Shown: positions 26,221 to 35,240, counted from the first letter of the stretch. The stretch is 55,035 bases of DNA from Minisyncoccota bacterium (GCA_041688155.1 JBDNIW010000013.1:1-55035), one strand, 5' to 3'. Notes: generated by a model not told the origin, from the letters alone. Translations and numbers: made by a program.

Positions 26221-27216
26221 TTAAAACTCAATCCCAGTATCTACCAGAATATAAGCACCAACCCCTGTCAGAACTAGGGCAATGGAGAATTGCGCCAACT
26301 CCTTTCGAGTATATACGATTCGCTTTTCAATAAGCACACTAAGCACCAACACGTAAAAAGCTTGATAGGTGTTAGTTGTCATAACAAACGCCGCAGTCGA
26401 GATTAGTGCCGCGTAGCCAATAGCGACGTTGGCTACGTTGTATAAGCTTTCGTTAAGCACATTCAAACTCAACAACTTGACCCCTAACTTGCGTGATTCC
26501 CAGAACGCTCTGCGGTACTGGGGGATGAACACAAGAATGAGAAATCCAAGCATAACCATTACCACTCCCTCAAAGAAAATGGAACGTACCAAGCTTTCTT
26601 CAAGCGCTACCTTTTTGAACAACACTGTCTCAGCTGCCCAAAAAATTGACGCCGGCACCATTAAACTTATAGTACCCCAACTTATAATTCGATTACCGTC
26701 ATCATCCTCTCTGAATGAAACATAACCGGTACCCAAAAGAATAAGGATCATGGCAATCAATTGTAGAGATGAGATAGCCTCGCCTAGGACGAACCACCCG
26801 CCTATTCCCGTAAATACTGGAACAAGTTGGTAGAAGATAATTACAACAACCGCCTCTTCGCGTGCCATGGCATATAGATAACACCCCAAAACCAAGACGT
26901 TGAGTACAGCAACAATTACCAAAATGGAAATGTTGATGTCTTCATCACTCAATGGTTGAGCGTTGAGCACATATTGTGCCAAGGCTTCTGGCAGATTTAC
27001 AATCGCTGAAAAGTCGCTCCAAAATTCAAGTCCAGTGATTGGGCTCGAAATTATAAGGACCACAAGAACGATGCTCGTTAAGAGTGTGGAATAAAGGATT
27101 AGAGTCCCAGGTCCATACTTATCTAAGTGTTTTTCGAGAATGTGCTTGTCGATTTGATTTGTACAAGCATATAGAAAGGACGCAAGTTGCGCCCAGATAA
27201 ATGATCCAAGCAGCAT
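26221..27216 (-). CDS. EamA/DMT family transporter
   Basis: About 10 TM helices in two halves; start at ATG 27216 preceded by GGGAGG. Confidence 0.65.
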   Translation of the reverse strand: MLLGSFIWAQLASFLYACTNQIDKHILEKHLDKYGPGTLILYSTLLTSIVLVVLIISSPITGLEFWSDFSAIVNLPEALAQYVLNAQPLSDEDINISILVIVAVLNVLVLGCYLYAMAREEAVVVIIFYQLVPVFTGIGGWFVLGEAISSLQLIAMILILLGTGYVSFREDDDGNRIISWGTISLMVPASIFWAAETVLFKKVALEESLVRSIFFEGVVMVMLGFLILVFIPQYRRAFWESRKLGVKLLSLNVLNESLYNVANVAIGYAALISTAAFVMTTNTYQAFYVLVLSVLIEKRIVYTRKELAQFSIALVLTGVGAYILVDTGIEF

Positions 27217-27302
27217 TTGCCGACCTCCCAAGTTGCGTTACGATCTAAAATGACTATAACACAATTATCTATAAATTCAAGCAGTGTACCGGTATTTACA
27301 TT

Positions 27303-28181
27303 ATGAATTTTTGTGTTACTTTTCACAAGACACAACCACCCCCTGTGATCGGTGGAACTAACCACAAAAATTGCGACTACATGATTGATGACTACACTTA
27401 CAATACAGACAAAATTATATCTGGGCTATTTTGTCCTTCAATTGATGAGGCCGTGGCCGAAATTGAAAACAGACGTAAGAACCCAGATCTTGCTAAAAAA
27501 GTAGCTGACTATCTTCAAAATGACATACCGGAACACTTTTCGCGAAGTAGGCCAATTTTTTATTTTTCAAGACATCTCGCAACGCCAAACTTTGAAACTG
27601 AACAAGTGATAGAAATTACAAAACTTCACAATCTTGCTCTTGTTATCGGGGAAGATATAAAAGGAATATTTGTGGCCAACAATGAACTGAAAATTTCTCT
27701 TGCTAAGCTACCAGTAGTTAGTGGATTTTCCAGAAGGGGTGATGAGATTATCGAGAATGTAACAATTGTCGATTTCTCAACTAACCAAGGGAAACCTATG
27801 GATGAGATCTTGACAAAATCCGGTGAAACCTTATCGAACTTCCACCACAACCTGTTCAAGTCTGTATACCCAGATTTACCGGAAATTATAGACGAATCAC
27901 AGTGGATAGATCGAAACAACAGGAATGATATCCAAGAGCAATATAAAAAAATGCTAGCCCTGCTATGCGTGCACGGAATTATGTTTGAATCGTATGTGCC
28001 AAACGAATCTAAATTTGTTTCAGAGGTTGTAAAGCCAGCATTCGACGCTATTGAGAAAGAAATTGGAGTCCGCCCTCTAATTGTAGAGCATATATCATCA
28101 GATTTAGAACAAACCAGAAACTGGAACTCATATCCAAACAATGTGTATGACTTTGTTCAAGAGAGAACTAATTTTAAATAA
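27303..28181 (+). CDS. hypothetical protein, no recognisable domain
   Basis: 292-aa ORF in AT-rich stretch; alternative start ATG 27381. Confidence 0.5.
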   Translation: MNFCVTFHKTQPPPVIGGTNHKNCDYMIDDYTYNTDKIISGLFCPSIDEAVAEIENRRKNPDLAKKVADYLQNDIPEHFSRSRPIFYFSRHLATPNFETEQVIEITKLHNLALVIGEDIKGIFVANNELKISLAKLPVVSGFSRRGDEIIENVTIVDFSTNQGKPMDEILTKSGETLSNFHHNLFKSVYPDLPEIIDESQWIDRNNRNDIQEQYKKMLALLCVHGIMFESYVPNESKFVSEVVKPAFDAIEKEIGVRPLIVEHISSDLEQTRNWNSYPNNVYDFVQERTNFK

Positions 28182-28187
28182 TCCGTC

Positions 28188-28196
28188 TGCTACAAT
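28188..28196 (+). promoter_or_regulatory. extended -10 TGcTACAAT, 6 nt before SET gene ATG
   Basis: Read directly. Confidence 0.5.
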
Positions 28197-28202
28197 GCAG
28201 TT

Positions 28203-28820
28203 ATGAAGAATACTAAAACCCCACAAATGTTCTCTTGGATGCATCCAGACCTGACGATTAAACTCACAAAGAAATACGGCAAGGCTAATCTCGCTAAAAG
28301 TGTTGACGGGCAGAAAGAATACATTAAAATTTCCGGAGACGGAAATGCCGTTTTTGCAAAAAAAGACATCAAAAAAGATAGTATTCTTTTTGTTATGGGT
28401 GGGTACATACTCGACATAGAGGCTGAAAATAAATTAACTGGGATTGTTTCAGACAAACCAATTGAACTATCTGAAAATTTCTCTATTGGACCAAGAAAGG
28501 CTTCAGATTTACCAAAAATGCCCCAACATTATGTGAATCACAGCTGCGAACCAAATACCGGATTCGACGGTCAAGTTTTTATGGTTGCGATGAAGAAAAT
28601 AAAAAAAGGCGACGAAATTGTTTACGATTACGGCATGATTATGCATACCAACAAGGCTAGTAACAGCTACTTTGAATTCGACTGTGTTTGTGGAAAGAAA
28701 GCGTGTAGAGGCAAAATTGGTGAAAATGATTGGAAGAATCTCAAGCTACAAAAGAAGTATGATGGCTATTTCCAGCACTACCTACAGAAAAAAATAAATA
28801 AGCTGTTTACACGAAAGTAA
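28203..28820 (+). CDS. SET-domain protein-lysine methyltransferase-like
   Basis: NHSCEPN, EIVYDYG, and post-SET-like CVCGKKACRG motifs. Confidence 0.8.
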   Translation: MKNTKTPQMFSWMHPDLTIKLTKKYGKANLAKSVDGQKEYIKISGDGNAVFAKKDIKKDSILFVMGGYILDIEAENKLTGIVSDKPIELSENFSIGPRKASDLPKMPQHYVNHSCEPNTGFDGQVFMVAMKKIKKGDEIVYDYGMIMHTNKASNSYFEFDCVCGKKACRGKIGENDWKNLKLQKKYDGYFQHYLQKKINKLFTRK

Positions 28821-28857
28821 ATTTCGTAAAAAGCTGTATACTATAAATATTACTTTC

Positions 28858-29229
28858 GTGTATAAATTTATATCTAAACATATTCTAAGCTTGGTGCTTA
28901 TTCCAACACTAATGCTCGTAATAGCAGCGAGTTACTTCAGGTTTTTTGTATTACAAGACTACCTAATTGCCTATGAGGGCCACTGTGATCCTATAACACA
29001 TTCATGTTATGTGTGGTGTGAAGATTTAAATAATGATGATAGCTGTTTTTATTACTCAGTAATCGAACGCCAGGCATACGAAATAGCAAAAAAATGTGAT
29101 CTCGATCTTTCCGAGTGCGACGCTGCATATAAATGTCAAGAAGATGTTGCAATCTGTTCTATACACTACTGTGATCCCAGCGTCGACGGAGAAGAATCCT
29201 GCGACATAATTAATGCAGAGAGGCTATGA
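28858..29229 (+). CDS. small membrane-anchored cysteine-rich protein
   Basis: GTG start; one TM helix then 12 Cys in about 90 aa; stop overlaps ATG of the kinase gene (ATGA). Confidence 0.5.
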   Translation: MYKFISKHILSLVLIPTLMLVIAASYFRFFVLQDYLIAYEGHCDPITHSCYVWCEDLNNDDSCFYYSVIERQAYEIAKKCDLDLSECDAAYKCQEDVAICSIHYCDPSVDGEESCDIINAERL

Positions 29230-30905
29230 TTTGCTACTATTTCGAACAACCTACGTACTTATTTTTTGGCAACGATGTACCAGGCTTGCTCTACTACTCA
29301 CACCTACCGGTGTCCCTCCTAGCTTTGTTAATAGGCTTCTTTGTTTTCTTTAGTGCTCCTCAGCAATTGCTCAACAGGCTACTATTTTATATAACAATAT
29401 GCTTTGCAATCTGGGCAGGTTTAAATCTTATCACTTGGACCAACATTAATAGTGACACATTGCTATTTTCATGGTCTATCCTAGGTATATTGCAAGGACT
29501 ATTATCAATACTATGCATTTACTTAGTTACGGTATTTTTAACAAAAAAAGATGTCGGATTACCCACAAAGTTGGCCTATTTGGTGCTACTAGTGCCAGTG
29601 TTAATATTTGCACCAAGTATCGCAAACCTAAGTGGTTTTGATGTAGCTGATTGTGACGCATTTAAGTACGAAGGTTTACCTTACGTAATTTACTACACAG
29701 GATTAGGATTGTTAGCAATTGTGTGGATTGTCATCCTCGCGATAAAGCACTACATTTTAGAAACCAACACCCAAAAAAGAGGGGAGATAGTTTTGATGAG
29801 TTCAGGAGTCTCATTATTTCTGTTCAGTTTCTTTTTTATTGTTTTTCTCGCCGCTTATTTAGCTGAACCGGGTATTTTGAATGATTCGTCACTTGAGCTT
29901 TATGGGATGTTTGGGATGCCTGTATTTATGTTGTTCATGGGTATTTTAATCGTCCAATCCAAAACTTTTAGGGTTACCGTAATTGCACCAACAGCTCTGG
30001 TAATAGCGCTGACAGCGCTGACAGCAGCACAGTTTACTTATGTTCAGACTACAACCGGGCAAATCTTAACTGGTATAACAGTTATTCTGGTAGTGATATC
30101 AGGACTCTTTCTCATTAGAAGTGTTCGCAAAGAAATTAAACAACGTGTACAACTTCAACTCCTAACCTCCCAGTTAGAGGAGGCAAATCTACGACTACAG
30201 GCCCTTGATAAACAAAAGTCAGAATTTGTTTCGATTGCATCTCACCAACTACGTAGTCCACTGACTGCTATGCGAGGATATGCTTCACTGCTGATGGAGA
30301 ATAATTTTGGCGATATTCCAACCAAAGCCCGGGAGCCCCTGGAACGGATCGAGACGTCAGCCCGGCAGATGGCGCTCGTCATCGAAGACTACCTCAACAT
30401 CTCACGGATAGAGTCTGGCAATATGAAATATGAAAAGGCGGACTTTAACCTGCGTGACGAGGTGGAACGTATTTGCGATGATATCCGGCCAGCAGCGCTC
30501 AAGCAAGGACTAGTGTTATTGTTCCGAACTAATCTGACCAGCACAGGAATTGTTAACGCTGACGTGGGTAAAACTGTACAAATTGCCCATAACCTGATTA
30601 ACAATGCTATCAAATACACTAAGAAAGGTACTATCACTGTACTGGTGCGTGATGACGTCAAAAGCAAGAAAATATTTTTAGCTGTGACTGACACTGGAAT
30701 AGGGCTGTCACAAGCCACAATCAACATTTTGTTCCAAAAATTCAGCCGCGCAGAAGACGCCAATACAAACAATTCGACGGGGACAGGTTTAGGACTGTTT
30801 GTGGCCCAAAAAATGGCAGGGGCCATGGGTGGTACGGTTTCCGCGCACTCTGAGGGTGAAGGGAAGGGATCACGATTTACCTTCACCCTCCCACTAGAAA
30901 TGTAG
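29226..30905 (+). CDS. sensor histidine kinase with multi-pass membrane N-terminal domain
   Basis: H-box SIASHQLRSPLTAMRGY, N-box HNLINNAIKYT, G1 DTGIGL, G2 GTGLGL. Confidence 0.85.
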   Translation: MICYYFEQPTYLFFGNDVPGLLYYSHLPVSLLALLIGFFVFFSAPQQLLNRLLFYITICFAIWAGLNLITWTNINSDTLLFSWSILGILQGLLSILCIYLVTVFLTKKDVGLPTKLAYLVLLVPVLIFAPSIANLSGFDVADCDAFKYEGLPYVIYYTGLGLLAIVWIVILAIKHYILETNTQKRGEIVLMSSGVSLFLFSFFFIVFLAAYLAEPGILNDSSLELYGMFGMPVFMLFMGILIVQSKTFRVTVIAPTALVIALTALTAAQFTYVQTTTGQILTGITVILVVISGLFLIRSVRKEIKQRVQLQLLTSQLEEANLRLQALDKQKSEFVSIASHQLRSPLTAMRGYASLLMENNFGDIPTKAREPLERIETSARQMALVIEDYLNISRIESGNMKYEKADFNLRDEVERICDDIRPAALKQGLVLLFRTNLTSTGIVNADVGKTVQIAHNLINNAIKYTKKGTITVLVRDDVKSKKIFLAVTDTGIGLSQATINILFQKFSRAEDANTNNSTGTGLGLFVAQKMAGAMGGTVSAHSEGEGKGSRFTFTLPLEM

Positions 30906-30970
30906 TAACGACTCACCCCTATCTATGTAACCAGTATCTGTAGACTACGATACGTACCAGCTATAACAAT

Positions 30971-30979
30971 TGCTATACT
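30971..30979 (+). promoter_or_regulatory. extended -10 TGcTATACT abutting ATG 30980, 9 nt before ATG 30989
   Basis: Read directly. Confidence 0.45.
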
Positions 30980-32194
30980 ATGGTTGTTATGATTACCAAA
31001 TCAGCCGACGCACTAGAACGAGTGCGAAGCGTCAGTTTTGCTATTTTGTCGATTGTGAGCGTCGGAGCACTGCTAGGTAATGTGATACTCAATCCCACAA
31101 CTAATAATTTAAGCTGCAACATCATCCACAGCAACCTCGATGCTCTCCTTACTATTGGCTTATGGATTTTAGCTATTGCAGCTAGCCTGGGAGCACTCTC
31201 TGCTACCCATCACCAACTACAGCCACCTGAACGGTACAAACGTTGGTTAGTGTGGCTTATATATGCGGCTAGCATCCCAGCGCTCTTACTGCTCCCAAGC
31301 AGCCTGAGTATCAACGGCGCGGTTAGCGCTTGTGCGACTAGTATTTTTTTCACCTACCTCACCTGGTACATGATGGGGGTTATTGCAGCCGCGGCGCTCT
31401 GCTGTATCCATATATTGATCAATGGGGTCAAACACCAAGAGCAGCGAGCAGACAATCTGGCAATAACGGCTGGTACGGCCAACGCGCATTTGCAGCACAG
31501 CAACACCAACCACAACTCGCAACTCGTCACCACGATTAAACAGCTCCGGACACCACTGACTAACCTACGAGTGCAGATTGAATCGCTCCTCGCTACAGAC
31601 ACTCCGACAGATACCGAGCAAGCCAAAGCTGCGCTGCTTAAAATCAATGACGCTGCCGGAATGATGGCGGTCACCTTAGAAACTCACCTAGATTTGGCCA
31701 AAGCTGAGTCAGGCAGCCTCGAGTTGAACCTCATCGACCTCAACCTGCGGGACATGGTCGAGCATATCTGCGACGAGTTGCGTCCAGTTATCCTCAAACA
31801 AAGCCTTATACTGCTACTACGTACCAACTTAACGAGCCAGAGCATTGTCCAAGCCGACCGTACTAAGATTCATCAGATACTTCGCACCCTCATTTTGCAC
31901 GCACAAGAGAACACCAGCCGCGGCACAATCACCGCGTTTGTGCGAGACGATGCGGACAAGAAAACAATCCACGTCGATATCCTCGACACTGGTACTGGCA
32001 TGAATAGCGACGACCTAGGAACACTATTTACCACGCACGCCAGCAGCAATTCAACCAGCAATTCTGACACCAGCAATCTCAAGCTTTGCCTGGCACAAAA
32101 ACTAGCCGAAGCAATGCGAGGAACTATCACCGCTCATTCCAATGGGAAAGGGAAGGGGTCTAGATTTACTCTAACATTACCGCTGGAGATGTAA
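30980..32194 (+). CDS. histidine-kinase paralog with degenerate catalytic motifs (pseudokinase candidate)
   Basis: Aligns with previous kinase but H-box is TIKQLRTPLT (His to Lys), N-box Asn lost, G2 is TSNLKLCL; C-terminus GKGSRFTLTLPLEM almost identical; start may be ATG 30989. Confidence 0.7.
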   Translation: MVVMITKSADALERVRSVSFAILSIVSVGALLGNVILNPTTNNLSCNIIHSNLDALLTIGLWILAIAASLGALSATHHQLQPPERYKRWLVWLIYAASIPALLLLPSSLSINGAVSACATSIFFTYLTWYMMGVIAAAALCCIHILINGVKHQEQRADNLAITAGTANAHLQHSNTNHNSQLVTTIKQLRTPLTNLRVQIESLLATDTPTDTEQAKAALLKINDAAGMMAVTLETHLDLAKAESGSLELNLIDLNLRDMVEHICDELRPVILKQSLILLLRTNLTSQSIVQADRTKIHQILRTLILHAQENTSRGTITAFVRDDADKKTIHVDILDTGTGMNSDDLGTLFTTHASSNSTSNSDTSNLKLCLAQKLAEAMRGTITAHSNGKGKGSRFTLTLPLEM

Positions 32195-32256
32195 GGCCGA
32201 GGTTGAACACTGACCGAGTTTGTTTTACCAGCATTTGTTAGGTATTATGAGAACGT

Positions 32257-33252
32257 ATGAATGAACCAAAACCGAGGCTCCTCACTGGCCTACAATCGTC
32301 TGGTACCCTCCACATCGGGAACTATTTTGGTGCGCTCAAGCCGTTCCTGGAGATGTACGAGCAATACGACAGTTACCTGATGGTGGCCGACTACCACGCC
32401 CTCACATCGTTGCGTGACCCAGTACAGATGCATGAGAATATCATCAATGTAGTCAAGGATTACCTGGCGGTTGGGGTCGACCCTGAGAAATGCGTCATGT
32501 TTCGACAGTCAGATAACCAGGACCACATGGAACTGGGCTGGGTGTTCAACTGCCTGGTGACGATGCCGTTTCTCATGCAAGGCCACGCGTACAAAGACAA
32601 AGTTGCCAAAGGCCTAGAACCCAACGCTGGACTAGCCACCTACCCGATGCTGCAAGCCGCTGACATCACGCTGTATAACATCGACGTCGTGCCAGTTGGG
32701 GAGGACCAGCGGCAACATCTGGAATATACCCGTGAAGCGGTGGGGAAGTTTAACCGGGCGTTTGGGGAAAGAAGAGTGCCATCAGGAGTCACCTATGGTG
32801 ATGAAGATATTATCCCAGTCCTTAAAGAGCCAAAAGAAATGATCATCGACGGCGTCGGGGTTGTCCCCGGCACCGACGGTGAGAAAATGAGTAAGAGCAA
32901 AGGTAACACCATCCCACTATTTGGAACTCCAGCCGAGATTGAAAAAGCCGTGATGGGGATTGTGACAGACAGTAGCGGAGATAAACCAGAACACGTCTAC
33001 GCCATCCACCGATTACTCAAATCTGCTGCTGAGCTTGACCCAATCTACGAGCAAAATAGAGGCCGCTACGGCGAACTCAAGAAACTCCTCACCGCCGACC
33101 TAGAAGCATTCATTGCCCCGATGCGCGCTCGCCGGGACGCCATCACCGATGATCAGGTCAAGACAGTCCTCGCCGCCGGTGTCGCCCGGGCCAAAACCAC
33201 TTCCAATCAAACTATCAACCAAGTCCGCACCGCTATCGGTGTCAATCTATAA
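32257..33252 (+). CDS. trpS: tryptophanyl-tRNA synthetase
   Basis: GTLHIGNYFG (HIGH) and KMSKS motifs; 331 aa. Confidence 0.9.
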   Translation: MNEPKPRLLTGLQSSGTLHIGNYFGALKPFLEMYEQYDSYLMVADYHALTSLRDPVQMHENIINVVKDYLAVGVDPEKCVMFRQSDNQDHMELGWVFNCLVTMPFLMQGHAYKDKVAKGLEPNAGLATYPMLQAADITLYNIDVVPVGEDQRQHLEYTREAVGKFNRAFGERRVPSGVTYGDEDIIPVLKEPKEMIIDGVGVVPGTDGEKMSKSKGNTIPLFGTPAEIEKAVMGIVTDSSGDKPEHVYAIHRLLKSAAELDPIYEQNRGRYGELKKLLTADLEAFIAPMRARRDAITDDQVKTVLAAGVARAKTTSNQTINQVRTAIGVNL

Positions 33253-33254
33253 GT

Positions 33255-33551
33255 ATGGAAAGGTACGAGAGAATTCCAGTGAGCAAAACTGAAATCGATG
33301 GAGTGGTAGACGCTCTTTGCTCTGAACATGATTGTCAAATTAAATACTTACCTGGCCACCTAGATGACGATAGAACCTGGAAGATCAGACCAATATTGCC
33401 GACGGGAGAGATAGACCTTGAAGCCTTTGCACAGGAACTAGCAGATCGGTTGAATTTTAACGAAGATACAGATTTCTTTGTACAAGTTACAGACATGTTA
33501 GGAGAAACGAATAAACCCTATATTACAATCGAAAAATTAACTAACGAATAA
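33255..33551 (+). CDS. hypothetical acidic protein
   Basis: 98-aa ORF tightly packed between trpS and aspS. Confidence 0.45.
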   Translation: MERYERIPVSKTEIDGVVDALCSEHDCQIKYLPGHLDDDRTWKIRPILPTGEIDLEAFAQELADRLNFNEDTDFFVQVTDMLGETNKPYITIEKLTNE

Positions 33552-33553
33552 AT

Positions 33554-34912
33554 ATGGAACGGACACTAATTGCAGAATTGAATACTAAAAAAGGTGAGAC
33601 GGTATCCATTAACGGCTGGGTATCAGTGCGGCGAGACCAAGGTAAGATGGCGTTTTTTGATTTCCGCGACCGCTCTGGCACGGTGCAAGGCGTGGTGTTT
33701 GGTAAGCCAGAGGTGCTCGAGATAGCTAAAACCGCCCGTCCAGAATCATCTGTTGCTATTACAGGTATTGTCAACGCTCGCCCAGAAAAGATGATCAACG
33801 ATAAGGTCGAGAATGGAGACATCGAATTAGAGATCACCGAAATTGAGATTTTGAACCAAGCTGCTGAACTTCCATTCGACTTAGAGGCTGACATGAAGTT
33901 AGAAACGATTTTAGACAACCGACCACTCACAGCCAAGACTCAGCGGGCAAGAGATATATTTAAAGTATCAGCTACTATTGTGCAGGCCTATCGATGGGCA
34001 CTAATCTCACGTGATTACACCGAATTCCAAGCGCCGGCGCTCGTTGGGAGCGATGCTGAAGGTGGGGCTGAAGTATTCAAAGTAGAGTACTTCAAAGACC
34101 GTACTGCTAACCTAGCAACCAGCCCGCAGTTGTACAAAGAAATCATGACCGGTGCCCTTGAACGAGTGTTCACTATTGCTAAGATTTTCCGGGCTGAAAA
34201 GAGTGCTACTACTCGCCACCTTTCCGAGATCACGCAGATGGACTTTGAACTATCGTTTATTAAAGACCACAATGACGTTATGGACGTACTCGAAGCCGTC
34301 ACGCGCGAGACAGTCCTAGCTGTAGCAGACCAACACCCAGCGGTGTTTGAGCGGTTTGGAACGAGCGTGCCACTACTCCCAAGTGATCAGTACCCACGAC
34401 TGACCCTACTAGAAGTCCAACAAATCCTCAAAGATAAATTCGATATCGACGCCATCGGTGAAACTGATATGGAACCCGAGCATGAACGACTGATCTGCCA
34501 GTGGGCTAAAGAAGAGCGGGGGAGTGACTTCGTGTTTGTGACAGAATTCCCTACCAAAAAACGAGCCTTTTACACCTACCCAGACCCAAGTAACCCCGAC
34601 GTCTCACGTAGCTTTGACCTCCTATTCCGCGGCCTAGAGATCAACTCAGGCGCCCAGCGGTACCATGATCACGCCGAAATGTCGGCCGAGATCACCGCTC
34701 GCGGCATGGACCCAGAAAACTTCAATTTCTACCTGATGATGCACAAGTACGGCGTCCCACCACACGGTGGATGTTCAACCGGACTAGAGCGCTTCACCGC
34801 TCGCATGCTCGAACTACCGAACGTCAAAGAAGCCGTACCGTTCCCCCGAGACATCAACCGGATTGATGTGTTGTTGAGTTCAACCGACGAGAAGACTGAA
34901 GAAGTGCAGTAA
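33554..34912 (+). CDS. aspS: aspartyl-tRNA synthetase, short archaeal/eukaryal-type (no GAD insertion)
   Basis: OB-fold N-terminus, LATSPQLYKE, FRAEKS..TRHL.E, GLERF class II motifs; 452 aa. Confidence 0.85.
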   Translation: MERTLIAELNTKKGETVSINGWVSVRRDQGKMAFFDFRDRSGTVQGVVFGKPEVLEIAKTARPESSVAITGIVNARPEKMINDKVENGDIELEITEIEILNQAAELPFDLEADMKLETILDNRPLTAKTQRARDIFKVSATIVQAYRWALISRDYTEFQAPALVGSDAEGGAEVFKVEYFKDRTANLATSPQLYKEIMTGALERVFTIAKIFRAEKSATTRHLSEITQMDFELSFIKDHNDVMDVLEAVTRETVLAVADQHPAVFERFGTSVPLLPSDQYPRLTLLEVQQILKDKFDIDAIGETDMEPEHERLICQWAKEERGSDFVFVTEFPTKKRAFYTYPDPSNPDVSRSFDLLFRGLEINSGAQRYHDHAEMSAEITARGMDPENFNFYLMMHKYGVPPHGGCSTGLERFTARMLELPNVKEAVPFPRDINRIDVLLSSTDEKTEEVQ

Positions 34913-34920
34913 GCTGTTTA

Positions 34921-35216
34921 AGTTGGGGATGGTTAATAATATCGTGACGCTCTTTTTGGCGGCACACTCGACTCGCTCACCGCTCCCTGAGTGCACACAC
35001 CAAACAACCGTTGTGGTACTGCTGATGTACTTTACTAGCTGACAAGCTACGTGTAGTTAAACACATTCGACCTATTACATTATCGAGCACAAAAATAACC
35101 ACGGGAGTGTTTAGTTTGTATACTCAGGGAGCGAATGCGAGTCGAGTATGCAACCGAAAAGCGCGCCCGTACTATTTGTAATACCAAATCCCAACGCAAC
35201 TCTTGCAACCTCAACG
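34921..35216 (+). repeat. composite inverted-repeat intergenic element, copy 3 (aspS|aminopeptidase), best preserved
   Basis: About 97-nt arms 34921-35017 and 35099-35195 are imperfect reverse complements; spacer has TACTTTACTAGCTGAC. Confidence 0.75.
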
Positions 35217-35231
35217 CCAACGCAGCGAGTT

Positions 35232-35240
35232 TGATATACT
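35232..35240 (+). promoter_or_regulatory. extended -10 TGaTATACT, 9 nt before ATG 35250
   Basis: Read directly. Confidence 0.5.
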
